A stretch of DNA of 64,000 nt, taken from contig MNCI01001543.1 of NCBI GenBank assembly GCA_015680685.1, forward strand, positions 186,001-250,000. The letters are read 5' to 3'. The notes under the pieces are model-generated. The model saw only the letters and a list, made by a program, of their open reading frames with translations. It ran no database searches and was not told the DNA's origin. The stretch comes from Gnetum montanum (lineage: Eukaryota; Plantae; Gnetophyta). Shown here piece after piece: positions 26,850 through 38,639 of this stretch. Within the stretch, counting starts at the first letter, position 1, and the number at the start of each line of letters is the position of its first letter. Position numbers and translations under genes: made by a program.

Positions 26850-26881
26850 TAGCACTAGAAGGAGGGCTTGAACCTCCGATC
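26850..26881 (+). promoter_or_regulatory. Element E PBS (tRNA-Asn), extended
   Basis: TAGCACTAGAAGGAGGGCTTGAACCTCCGATC, complementary to the plant tRNA-Asn(GUU) 3' end ..CCCTCCTTCTAGCGCCA as recalled. Confidence 0.75.
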
Positions 26882-27092
26882 CATATTTTACGGGTAACCC
26901 TGTAAGCAATCCGTACCCACGTTCACATAACGTAAACGTAATACCTCTAGGGAAGTTTACGAAATCGTGTGGTGTAGATTGGTCACAGTAACGATTCCTT
27001 TGGAATCCTACAAGGTAGAAAGCCCAATTGTGGTTCTGTTTTGCCATCGCCTTTTAAATATTTTAGTTTGTTGTTATCAATCTATCTGAGAG

Positions 27093-30000
27093 ATGGATTC
27101 TGCACATACAACTACTACCACTATGATCGCCACTAACTTGGGTGCCACAACCGTAAATCCCATCACCGTTCCCAAATCAGCTTTCGGCATGACAGGACCT
27201 CAGGGACTGTCGCGTCATTCATTGAGATTACAAGGAAGGGATCCTTCATTCACCGTCTTGACTCCTGAAGAGTATAATTTCATTTGTGTCAAGATCCAGG
27301 CAAAGCTTGCAGTTAGCCGAGCCGAGATGGAGGAAAAACGAAATTACGAGCTGGTCTACAAAGGGGGTCAAGACTTCACCCCTACTGCATATGACTTCAT
27401 CCCCGTTACCGATCATTATCATGAACTCTTATCCCAACTAGTTATGGCTAAGAATCAGATTACCCAGTCTACTCTAGAGCCTCAAAACGAGGAGGAGGAG
27501 GAAGATGAATTCACAGCTCAGTCTGAACACGTAGATTCATACCATACCCTCAGCCCCCATACATATGCGAATCCCCTATTTCATCCTCTCACCGGAGAAG
27601 CTGCCCATCTCAACCCAATCATGACCACCCAAACGCATATTCCCATCGTCCCATAGGCCACCATGCAATCCTCGATCTTGCAGGTACAAATGCCACCTCA
27701 AAATAACATGGGAGTAACCCCCTCGTCACATGTAATCAGGATTCTGTCGGTGATACCTACGTCTAATATCCCCCATTTCATTCCCCAAGTGTAGGTCCAT
27801 ACCATGCCTATAACCCACCTGGTGCAAAATCCGATGCAAACCTTATCGTCGCAGCCCATTGCAAGGCAACAGATCGCAACCACCCTTCAATCGCAGCGAT
27901 CTGTTCAACAACCTACGACTGGTCAGTGGATCACGCCTGTTGCACAACACAATCAATCTACGTTCTATGGTGTGCAACCCTTGGCTGCATCTACCAGACA
28001 TGTCCCGCAGGTAACTGCACAACATCCTTACACCTTCCATCCTACACATCCGGCGATGGCCAATTTTTCCGCACAGCCTGTCGGGTGGTGTGTTTCACAG
28101 GTAGCTCCGTTCGTGGGGATAGTCCCCGTCGCATCGTCTATCAGCCAAGCTATTGCTCCCTTTCCATTGCCCGGTATTACTCTTCCAACCCAACCCCCTG
28201 CTCCTCCAGCGCCAACTTCATCATCAACAGGTCTAGATCAAGCTTTTTTGCTTATTCAGATCCTCACCGAGGAAGTTAAGCATCTTAAAGCTGTTGGCTC
28301 TGATGCGATATAGGTCATGGATTTTTACCATGATGATCCCATTAGCCCAGTAGTCCCCATGCTTTAGTTGCCTCCAGGGATGTCTTTGCCCCATTTTACT
28401 AAATACAATGGGGAAGGTGATCCTAATGCTCATCTTGTTACCTTTAGGTCTGAATCCTTGCTACTACAACAATGGACCCATACGATTATCCATGTCTTTG
28501 CAATGTATCTGCCAGGTAAGGCCTTGGACTGGTATCGAGCACTCCCTTGCTCTTCCATCTCAACCTTGGAAGAGCTTCTAACACAATTTGTAACTCGTTT
28601 TAAATAAAATTTAAAGCCGGAAGTCACGTTAGACCAACTTATGGAAGTGAAAGAAGACCCGCTCAAGCCAGTCCAAAATTTTATATAGTGATGGAGCGCT
28701 ACTCTGAATGAAATCCGTGAGCCTATTACGGAAGCCCATCTGTTGGCTATTTTCAAAGGAGCAGTTAGCGACTTCATCAAGTCTAAACTATACTACCTTG
28801 CCCCTCACTCCCTGAGTCAAGCCTTCATGCAAACTAAGAGCATCCAAGATGCTGCGGAGGCTAGCAAAGACCCAACGTATGTGGCCTATAAGAATGCCAA
28901 CAATAAGGGTAAAGACAAAGGTAAAATAGCAACGATGAAAGTAGCTGCGCTAGTCGAGGATGCCAAAAAGAAGAATAACAAGAAGGCACCCACAGCGCCT
29001 GCCGAGACCACGGCTAGTGCAAGCAGCACCAGCCAAGAAGCACTTACCCCTGAACAGCCCTCATAGTCAAAACCAAACTTTGAGCGTAAAGATCGTTCAA
29101 ACTATACAGCCCTGTCTATAAAGGATTCGGAACTACTGAAACAATTATTAGGAGCAAGATATATTCAAAACAAAAAAATATCTGAAGAAGCTCTAGAGCG
29201 TCACAGGTGTCATTGTGAATTGCTGAAGAACCCTTCTTTAGCTCTACCCAACAAACCACCAGTCCCTAAGTCTTTCAGGCTAGACCGTTTTTGTGACTAC
29301 CACCAGTTGTGTGGTCATGACACCAATTATTGCTGGGTGTTGAAGGACGATATTCAACGCATGATTGAAAATGGTTCTTTGACATTAGAGAGTAGTAATC
29401 CAACACATCCCAAAAACTAGGCAATGCATGTGTACAAAGATCCGTTAAATGCAAATAACACAATGTATACCATTAACATGGTAAGTATGAACAGTGAGGG
29501 GAAGGTACCACCTAAGCAACCCTTTGTGTTACGAGTACCTATCAGTTCACCCCAGGGGGCAAGTTCTTCACCGGTAGTTGGCAGTGCCTCGAGGCCACCC
29601 TTTGTTATTTGGATGCCCTTTCAAACTATAACTCAGTCTCACATTAACAATAAAGCTGCAGCCATTCCCACGCCTACTCCTAAGGTGCCTTTTATCCTTA
29701 GGGCACAAAAACCACCAGCTACCCCTTTTACGCAAGGGCGAGTCTCTAACCAAAACCATCAACCTCCATCCAATGAAAAAAGGGAAGGAGATGCGCCAAT
29801 TAATGCAACCAAAGACCGCTCTATGCTAGGGTTTGCTAAGCCGAGGCCCCTAGCTTCTATACCTTCGCCTGCATCTCCTGGGCAAGACAAAGGTACAAAA
29901 ACACAGCCACCTCCCCTCGGTAGAAAGAAATACAACCCTCCGACTGATGCTATTCCACCTTGGGAAATTCATCTCTTAGGGCAAATGGAAGAAGAAAGAG

Positions 30001-30095
30001 GGGACAAGCAACCCAGCCGAGAGTGGAACCTCCTTGACACATTTACGCAAGTTAAGCAGGCTCTAAAATAGAAGAACACAACATTGAGACTTTAT
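27093..30095 (+). pseudogene. gag: Element E gag (truncated before protease)
   Basis: Collinear ORF fragments with LPHFTKYNGEGDPNAHL, LPGKALDWYRAL and the CHHC-type knuckle FCDYHQLCGHDTNYCWVLK. Confidence 0.9.
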
Positions 30096-31691
30096 TGAAA
30101 CACCGTGGAAATTGCGGATCAGCCTAAGGCAAAGATTCACAATTTAGTCAACAGCTCACAACAGAAATCCAGAAGGCAAAACAACGCAAAAGGGTGTGCA
30201 ACATCAAGTCTCCAAATTTCTTAAAAAATGCTAACTTTGTTGCTCCTTACGCTACATTACGCAATGTAGCATCATGTCGCTCAGCGTAATTCTATGCGAT
30301 GTAACGAAGGTAGCTTACTGTAGCAATGAAGTCAGTAGAAATTTGGAACTTCAGCAAGTATGACAAGTTTAAGCCCTAAGAAACAGTTTACGACTTGTCG
30401 CATATTCCACCAAGTTTTTTTGATCAGGACTGTATTCATGCCCCATTACGCAGAGCAGCGTAATGAGCCTCGAGGAAATCAAAGTCAACGTCAAAAGAAG
30501 CACGGCAACTTAACTTCTTTTTTGTAGATTGGTCGCTTTACGCTTTATTACGCTATGCAGCGTAAGCAAGAGTAACGCGCTGAAAAGTTAACCACTTTTA
30601 CGCTCTATTATGCTTTGTAGCATAAATAAGTGTAACACATGTGGAATTCATCAAATTATGCTCTGCTACGCTACACAGTGTAAACGAGCGTAATGCAGTA
30701 TAAAGTTAGCTAAGGCAGTACCAGACATGCACTTGTTATCCATGTGCGGAAATACGCTCATATCGCAGCGTAATCATGAGGCGGTTTCAACAAGAGTGGT
30801 CTACAGCGCACCTCGCCCCCAAGATGTAATGTGGCATGACTAGCTTTAACATAAAAATTGTTAAGTCAACGGTGTTTTGAAAGTTTGAGACACGTGTCAT
30901 CAGGACCGTGCCTTCCCATATGATGCTGAACTTATAAATACCCCAGTTGGCGAAGAAAAAAAAAATAAGGAAGAAGGGAGGGATTTTCTTCTTTTGAAGG
31001 ACATAAGGCATTGTTTGAGCATTGGCAACGAGAGTGATCAGTCGTCTTGGCGAAAACATTATCCTCTTAATTGGCGATCATTAGCAGCTTTAAGCAAAGA
31101 TTACTGAGGGCAAAAGGAGTAGATCAGAGATCGAGAGATCATCTGGTACGATTGGCAAGGTTTATTGATCAGAAACAGTTGATCGATAGACATCCAGGCT
31201 TGACCTTCCTTGCATTCCACTTTTGGCTTATGAGGTAGATCAACCTTCATTCTATTCTCCCTTTTAAATAGTTTTCTTGTTGTTTCCTGTATGCTTCGCA
31301 CAAAGATAAGCAAAGTCTGCTGTTAGAACGTTGTATGCATTTTGAGTCAAATCATAGATCTTGGAATTACGCATTTTCCCTAAATCTGATCTTCCTTGTC
31401 ACATTGACGTTATCGTTATTTTGAGTTCTTTACATTGTTTTCTACTCCCTCTACGATTCACTGAATTAATTCGTTTCGTGAAATATATATATATAATATA
31501 TATACTACCACAATATTCGATAATTTACTGATTAAGTAAGTCCCTATCTAATCGACAAGACCGTTCAGGGCACCTCAGATTCGTTTTCTCCAGCACGGCC
31601 CTCGCACGGATCCTTGGTTAAGACTATGTACACGGCCCTCGCACGGATCCGTGGTTAAGACTATGTACATGGCCCTCGCACGGATCCGTGG
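30096..31691 (+). repeat. Second element E LTR, 3'-truncated, ending in ~2.6 copies of a ~36-bp unit
   Basis: Repeat of 25263-26783; the unit CACGGCCCTCGCACGGATCC(G/T)TGGTTAAGACTATGTA is repeated at ~31594-31693. Confidence 0.85.
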
Positions 31692-31819
31692 TTTTATTTA
31701 ACCTTTTATCATTGTCCTTTAAATTTACCTAGATATGAAAGAAAACTATTATTATCTAAACATTTTAAGTTTTCCTTAATAAGTGATGAGCTATTTTTTA
31801 AAAAAAAAATCAAGAAGTG

Positions 31820-32880
31820 CATCTTAAATGTTTAGATCAAACACAAGCTTATGACAATTTAAAGCAACTACATGAAGAAGAACATATAATATATCATTCA
31901 CTAGAAAATAAAATTATAAGAGCATGTTACTATTAGCCTTGTATGATTAATGATGTTTATGTACAATTTCAAATGTTTAAATAAAGAGATTCAAGAATTT
32001 TGGCTTCTTTATGACCTATAATAGAAACTAGACCCTTCATAGAATGGGATTTATATTTTATAGGAGTGGTTAATCCCTTATCAATGGCTAAATATAAGTT
32101 TATCCGAATGGATACTTATTATTACACATGTTTTTTAGAAGCCAAGGCTACTAAAATTGCAATGTCTTATGAGATTATTTGGTTTGTAGAAAATGATATA
32201 ATTTCTATATATGGATATCCTTAAACTATAGTATTTGATAATAGGCCTACTTTTCTATCTATAGAATTTACCAATTGAGCTAGGGAACATATCATCATTA
32301 TCGAAGCTATCACTGAGTATCACTCCTAAGGCAATGGTTTAGTAAAGTGATCTAATAAAATTATATTAGATGGAATTAAACAGATGATAACTCAAAATCC
32401 TTGTACATGGCATGAACAATTAAAATAGGCAATATCAAGTAATACAATCTATTATAAAAATTTGATCAAAACTATACCATGTGATCTAATATATGGGTAA
32501 GAACCAATTTTATCAATAAATTCATAAATTTCCACTTATTAGCTTTTCATAGATTTTGTTCTAACTTATGAACATTTATATTCATATAGATATGATATTT
32601 AGAATTTAGAACTTAAAAGATTCAAAGAAATTGAAAACATATTTAATCACAAAAAAATTATTAAAATATGATTTGATAAGAAATATGTAGCTAAATTTTT
32701 TAAGGAAGATGATCTAGTCCTTAAAAGAGATAGAGCATCTAGTTAAACAAGATCATAAAATAAGTTTATCCTATGTGGTTAGGTCCATATCAAGTCATAG
32801 ATGTCATTGGCCCTAATGTTTGCAAAGTTTCATATTTGCATGAAAACAAACTATATAGAAATTTTAATGCATTACTATTT
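31820..32880 (+). pseudogene. pol: Element B integrase remainder
   Basis: RPFIEWDLYFIG, YGYP*TIVFDNRPTF, YHS*GNGLVK*SNK, WLGPYQV (GPY/F motif). Confidence 0.85.
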
Positions 32881-33199
32881 ATGTGCCCCTTGTGGATACT
32901 TGGTAGATCCCTAGTTACAAGCTTTTTTCTTATTTCAATACATTTCATATGTATATAGTCTCATTTGCATATTTTCTTTACAGCTTCATAATCATTTATA
33001 TGCATGTTTGGTTTGTCATTATTTTTCATTTCACTCACCATTAGGATTAGTTCTATATACATGTTCGATGTGATTTTGATAATTATTATGATCTCTTAAG
33101 TGACTCAACATTGGGTTATCATAACACTAATTGAAGATGAAATAAATACAATGTTTTATATTATTCATGCTATATCATATTATTTCTTATTATTATATG

Positions 33200-34390
33200 A
33201 CTCCCCTTTATATAAATATTTTTTACATGAAAATGATGCTACCTTTATCTCCACTATTGTAAAACATATGCAAAATATGTTAAAAATTTTGAAAAATTAT
33301 TGTGATCTAGTCTTCAACTAAATGTAAATAACAACAAATTGATCATCTAGGATATAAGAAATTATTATTATAACTTCTATTTTGGTAGTATCAATGTGCA
33401 AATAGTATATTCTTTTAAATATTTAAGTCTCATTTATATTAACAATTACATCTCAGAGAAGTGCATTAAAGAAAAAATAGCAAGATGTTTTAAGGCTTTA
33501 TATGCTTTTAAAAACAAGTGCAAGGATTTAGGCCTCTAGGATTAGAATATCAGAAAATAAATTTTTCAAACTATTATTTATCCCACTATGTTGTATGGAT
33601 GTGTTGTTTGGGAACCTAGACTTAGTGCTAAACTTTAGAAAGATATTGAAAGAGTACAAAAAAATTTTCTTCTCAATGAGTTAAAGGTAAAGATGCAAAC
33701 ATCTTACTCAATATTATTATGTAAATGTGATTTATTACCTTTAGAAGTAGAAGCCTCATGTGAATAAATTACATATACTCATAGCTTGCATATCTCAAGG
33801 TAAGACAAATTCACTAAAGTGGTTCTTGAGGACTTGCAAAACCATGGTTGGTATTTTGAGGAGATGCAATGGTTCAAAAAATGGAATATATCTTAAGAGG
33901 ATGTGTAGTAAAATCCTAAGCATATTCGTCAACTAGTCAAGTAGAAGGTTTTAACATAGATGTGAGCTAATGTGAAAGATAAGAGTCAATTTTTTTTACA
34001 ACATATTAGATCCAATAAACTAGATGTAGAAGCTCACTATTTCTTAATTACTATTCCCATCAAGTATCAGAATCTTATCAACAAGATTCACTTAAGTTCT
34101 AATCATCCTAGAATTGAAAGTATAAGATGGATTCAACTCCCTTGAGAAGAGCACATTTGTAGGCTATGCAAATCAAGAGCCCTTGAATATGAGTTACATA
34201 CATTTCTTTCTTATGCTATGACTGCCTAATTAAGAAAAAATTATAATGTTACATCAAAAACACTATATGATTTATTTTTTATGCACCATTGATGCTTGCT
34301 CAATTTGTAGAGTCTATCATTATTTTTTATGAAGATGTAATATCTATCTAGTAGATCCTATGGGTCTTCAAACATAATAAAGATTCATTT
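33200..34390 (+). mobile_element. 5'-truncated non-LTR retrotransposon (RTE-X-like LINE) remnant
   Basis: FLHENDA (YADD position), MQNMLKILKNYC, FKYLS, IFQTIIYPTMLYGCVVW, IERVQKNFL, HLSSNHPRIESIRW..EEHICRLC..EYELH; ends AATAAAGATTCATT. Confidence 0.7.
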
Positions 34391-34980
34391 CTTTTCCTTT
34401 CATATATGTAACGTTATGATTCTTTCCAATTTATTTTAAAAGATAATAGTTTTATTAGTCATGTTGGATTATGAAGGATGGGATTTATGCTCACTTATCC
34501 TATTCTAATCATGGTCATGTAAATGCAATACATGTAAAATGAAGAGAGTGGCTAACCATAATCATTAGGTGATCTTAGAAAAACCTCCTTGTCTTTTCCA
34601 AGCCCTAACCCTTGAGTGCAATGATCCATGGCTATCCCATGAGCAGTAGGGTCAAGTGAGTTCCTTTCCATTTAAAATTCCTTAGTTACTTAGGTAACCT
34701 ACTATGATGCTACCTAGTTCAAAATTAAAGGCACGTGCATGAGGACTAAACTACACCATAGGAAAATTTTTCAAAGGAATTTTGTTTGTTACCAATGCAA
34801 CTAATTGATCAAACTCATATTGGGATTCCTTCCTTGAGAATAAAGTGTACCATGGGAAAAATTTTCTGAAAAAAAGGAGGATCATGTGCATCAACAATGT
34901 AGTAAGTTCTTACGTGTGATGGGCCCTAGCAGTAATCCTTAACTTTCCCTTTCCATCTCCTTTTTCTTTAGGCATTCCAA

Positions 34981-34982
<2 letters not shown>

Positions 34983-35012
<30 letters not shown>
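34983..35012. repeat. (TAA)n microsatellite
   Basis: About 10 TAA units. Confidence 0.95.
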
Positions 35013-35013
<1 letters not shown>

Positions 35014-38000
35014 GGAGAGAAAGATTTCCAAGGCTCATACCTATTTTCTTTTCTTGTTGTATCACTTCAAAAACCATATAAAATTAAAAAAACCTTATTT
35101 TTTCATATCATTTCCCCATTTAAGAAAAAAAAACTAAAAAAAAATCTGAAAGTTGTGGCTAGCCATGACCTAAAAGAAGCATGTCATCTTCATAAAGATT
35201 GGTATAAGTTCCATTCCTAAAGGTATCCTCTATACTAATAACTTTTACCTAAAAGATTATTAGGATTGGAGTCCTAAATATTAGTTATGGTTCATAAAAT
35301 TTATATGGCATGTATGAAATCTTAAGTAGACTCATAAAGTGGTTTGAAAGGTGATCCATGTCTAGTTGTACTTTTTAATTGTTTAATTATTTTAATCATA
35401 ATTAAACATTATGATCCATTTTATAATTTTGCAAGATTCTAATTCATATTATGTTTTTTTATGATCATCATGGTTGTTTATGTTTCACATATTTTTGCAC
35501 TTTAAAGATTTTTATTAGTTTGGTGTTTTGCACTTGCATGCAACGCAAAGTTTCAACATTCCCATGCTTATCATGGAGCCATGACTTATAAGTTTCTTAC
35601 CCAATCCTAGATTTCTATCCTCCTTAGTACTCATATGGCTAATAATAAAAGTATATCTTTTGCAAACCTTTTTTATTAATTATTAAATATTATTATTAAT
35701 AATTATTAAATAACTTGTAGTTAATAATAGTTTTTAAGGATTAATAGTTAAAGATAAGGGGAGAATTTAATTAATCTAGATGTGTGATGTGACTGAAATT
35801 CTTAAGTAACAGCTTAGACTACATATCAATGACGTGGTAGTATCTACCACATGTGCATAAATCAACCAATAGAATTTGACTTTATATTGTGTTTATCATT
35901 AGTGATTACAGGGATAATACATCTCAATTAAATTAAATACTTTGCATAAAATTACAAAAGGTTCTATTTCAAAATTTAGCAACGTTCTGTTTCTCTACCA
36001 ATTCATCCACTGCATGTAAAACCCAACAAGGAAGAAAGAATGTAGTAAGAAAATGGGTAAGGATTTCTCTCCCTACTAAAATGGTGAATATGACAGCGAA
36101 AGCAGATTCAGCGGAATGGAGTTTTGTTGAAATTCACCATAGTGAAACTGATGGCATGCCAACAAAACATTGATAGCAAAGAAGATGGATAGTATGAAGA
36201 ATATTTCTTTTGTTAGACATTTCATGTAGCTGAAGTTATTTTTACAAAGTCGTGACATTTGTAATGCATTGCTGGAGAAAATGGAATGGGATAGTAATTA
36301 AATTTTTGGCAGAAAAAAATGTGCACGCTTTGTGCAGTGTTACCCTAGTATCAGCGCTCTGTGCGGTGTTGCCCTAGCATCGATAAATTTCAGCAGTATT
36401 GCCATGATTACTAATTCCACCAATTTTCCTTTGGATAGTATCGAAGCTTTGGTTGTCAAGTCTGCAATCTGAGGTCATGTCGTCACATTTGACCTATGTT
36501 TTCATGCTTCTGTTCAGCCTTCCATGGTACAAGATCCTGATGTCGCAACTCTTTAGGCACAAAAAGCGTAAGATCTTACGGTTGGAGGCCTTGAGATGGT
36601 GATAAGAGGTCACTCGCAGGTGTAGGAATTGCATATGGTGTACAAGGATTAGAATATTAATGATGATAGATTTATGTACATATATTATGATCATGTTTTT
36701 CAGCAGCCTGTGCTTCTATTTTGCATAGCTGCACTCCTAGTCTTCTAGGAGATTTATAGGGAAAGCCTATTAAACTCTAGGATGAGAAAACTTAGAAGGT
36801 TTTGACCAGATATTTTTGGTCCAATGATTGTCTTGCAACTACTTTTGTCAATGGAGGATCCTCTGCTATTGTGCAAGAGAATTATCTGCCCCGAATGATC
36901 CTAGTATAGCAAAGTGAAACACCTCAAGAAATTCAATGTGGCCAAGAAAAAGCCTTGAAGACAAAATTTGCATTCAATGTGGCCAAGAAAAAGCCTTGAA
37001 GACAAAATTTGCATTGTAATTTGATGGGGATCTAAAGGCAAAAATAATTGCCTTAATTTTCATTCAAAAGTCCTACGGTGGCCTTGTTTTGGCAAAATCT
37101 TAGCCATTTTTGGTATGAAAGAGTGAGATTTACGGCCCACATGCTGTGAATCTTACTTATGTGGGTGTGTGAGGGTCAAAAGTGATTGACAACGCTGCCA
37201 AAAATTGCCTTGTTTCTCCGCACGCTGTACCACCCTGTTCCACATGATGTGCCAGCGTGTGGGGTTAAACTTGCCCACAAGCTGCAGTTTGGACGATAAA
37301 AATAGCTCAAAAACGTTGCAAATTTGGCAGCAAAAGCCAACAATGCAAATTTGGACGATAAAAATAAGCTCCATACATTGCCAAAACTTGACAGAAAAAG
37401 ACAAAAACCGCTGGTAACCCATACGCTACACTTTTTGGCCATAGGAATAGCCCAAAAATACTTCATAAGATTTTAGAGAACATATGGGACTATAACGGAT
37501 GCTAGAACAGTAAATTCCAAGCATATAAATGCTAGATTTGTCACAGTTTTCAGGATCTTTTGGAAGACACTTTTTGGCAAATCTTCTCAAACACAAAGAA
37601 GAGCATTTCTTGAAAAAAAGAGAGGCTTATTTCAGCAAAGAAGAAAGGAATTATTGTAGATTTTTATGACCTTTTATAGCCTTTGTTGTGCAGATCAAGT
37701 GAACAGAAAAGTACAGTCAAGTGCAGAACACACGTTATCTCCTGCACTAGATTTCAAAGTCATTTATGTATTATCATGTTTTTAAAATCCACCAATCTAT
37801 ACTCTTTAAATTTACTTTCTTTACAATATTTTTACATTATTTGATATGAAGCTTTTCGGTTGTTTTGGCCTAATTTTCTTTGTGCATTTTATGCATATTT
37901 CCCTATTCTTAAGTGATCAACAAGACCATTTAAGGTGTTTTAAATCCTTTTAAGGCCTATGGATATATGAGTTAAATTGTTTCATATTAGATCTTTGAGG

Positions 38001-38399
38001 TTTCTAGCACCAAATTTTTTTGTCATTATAGTTTTTGGTGTTAAAAGTAGAGCCTCCACCTAACTTCTTAGCCTAAAAACTTATCCACAAGCTTTTCTTT
38101 GCTTGTTTCTACCTTGTGATAGTAGCATGTTTGACAAAAAAAAAATTTAATTTTGGTTTTTGCTATAACCCAAAGTTCACATCATAGTCAGTTTTACCCA
38201 TATACCTACAAAAAAAATAATCTTTACAGTGCACAATGCTATCCCTATTTTTTGTACTTGGAATTTTAAAACCATTAGTTTTATTGTTATAGCATGTAGT
38301 GTTTTTTATGCTCTTATTTCTACACATGCTCAGCATTTTCTAATTTTTTCTTGGTTTTATACACTATTCAAAATTTTTATTTTAGTTGCAATTGTAATT

Positions 38400-38550
38400 T
38401 CACACACTGCAACTTCACAAGTTGCAAGCCCACATGCTATAACTTTACATGTTATAGCCCCACATACTATAGCTTTACACACAATAGCCCCACATGTTAT
38501 AGCTTCACACACAATAGATTTACATGCCATAGTCTTATATGTTACATGGT
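38400..38550 (+). repeat. 15/30-bp tandem repeat in the G 5' UTR
   Basis: CCCACATGCTATAACTTTACATGTTATAG-like units. Confidence 0.75.
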
Positions 38551-38639
38551 AAAGCTTGTTCAAAACATTGAAAACCTTAGAGAAACTTTATCATGTTTGA
38601 CCAAATAGTTGATCTCCAACATTTTATGCCTTTTGTATC

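Larger units (their letters stand above)
25263..31691 (+). mobile_element. Element E: rearranged Tat/Ogre-like element (LTR-PBS-gag-truncated LTR), same family as F and G
   Basis: Direct repeats at 25263 and 30096 starting TGAAACA, and gag collinear with F. No pol, no PPT and no 5-bp TSD; flanked by a ~129-bp host duplication. Confidence 0.85.
11300..33000 (+). mobile_element. Element B: old AT-rich Tat-type gypsy element, interrupted by C, D and E; LTRs not identified
   Basis: Collinear pieces: gag-like, protease (12490-12800), aRH (16740-17010), RT (17530-18250), RH (split by D), INT (split by E). Confidence 0.8.

Noticed and set aside
26850-26881. tRNA gene
   Set aside because: Only the complement of a tRNA 3' portion, adjacent to an LTR, i.e. 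a PBS
36931-37015. ~41-bp exact tandem duplication
   Set aside because: Isolated and identical; no functional signal
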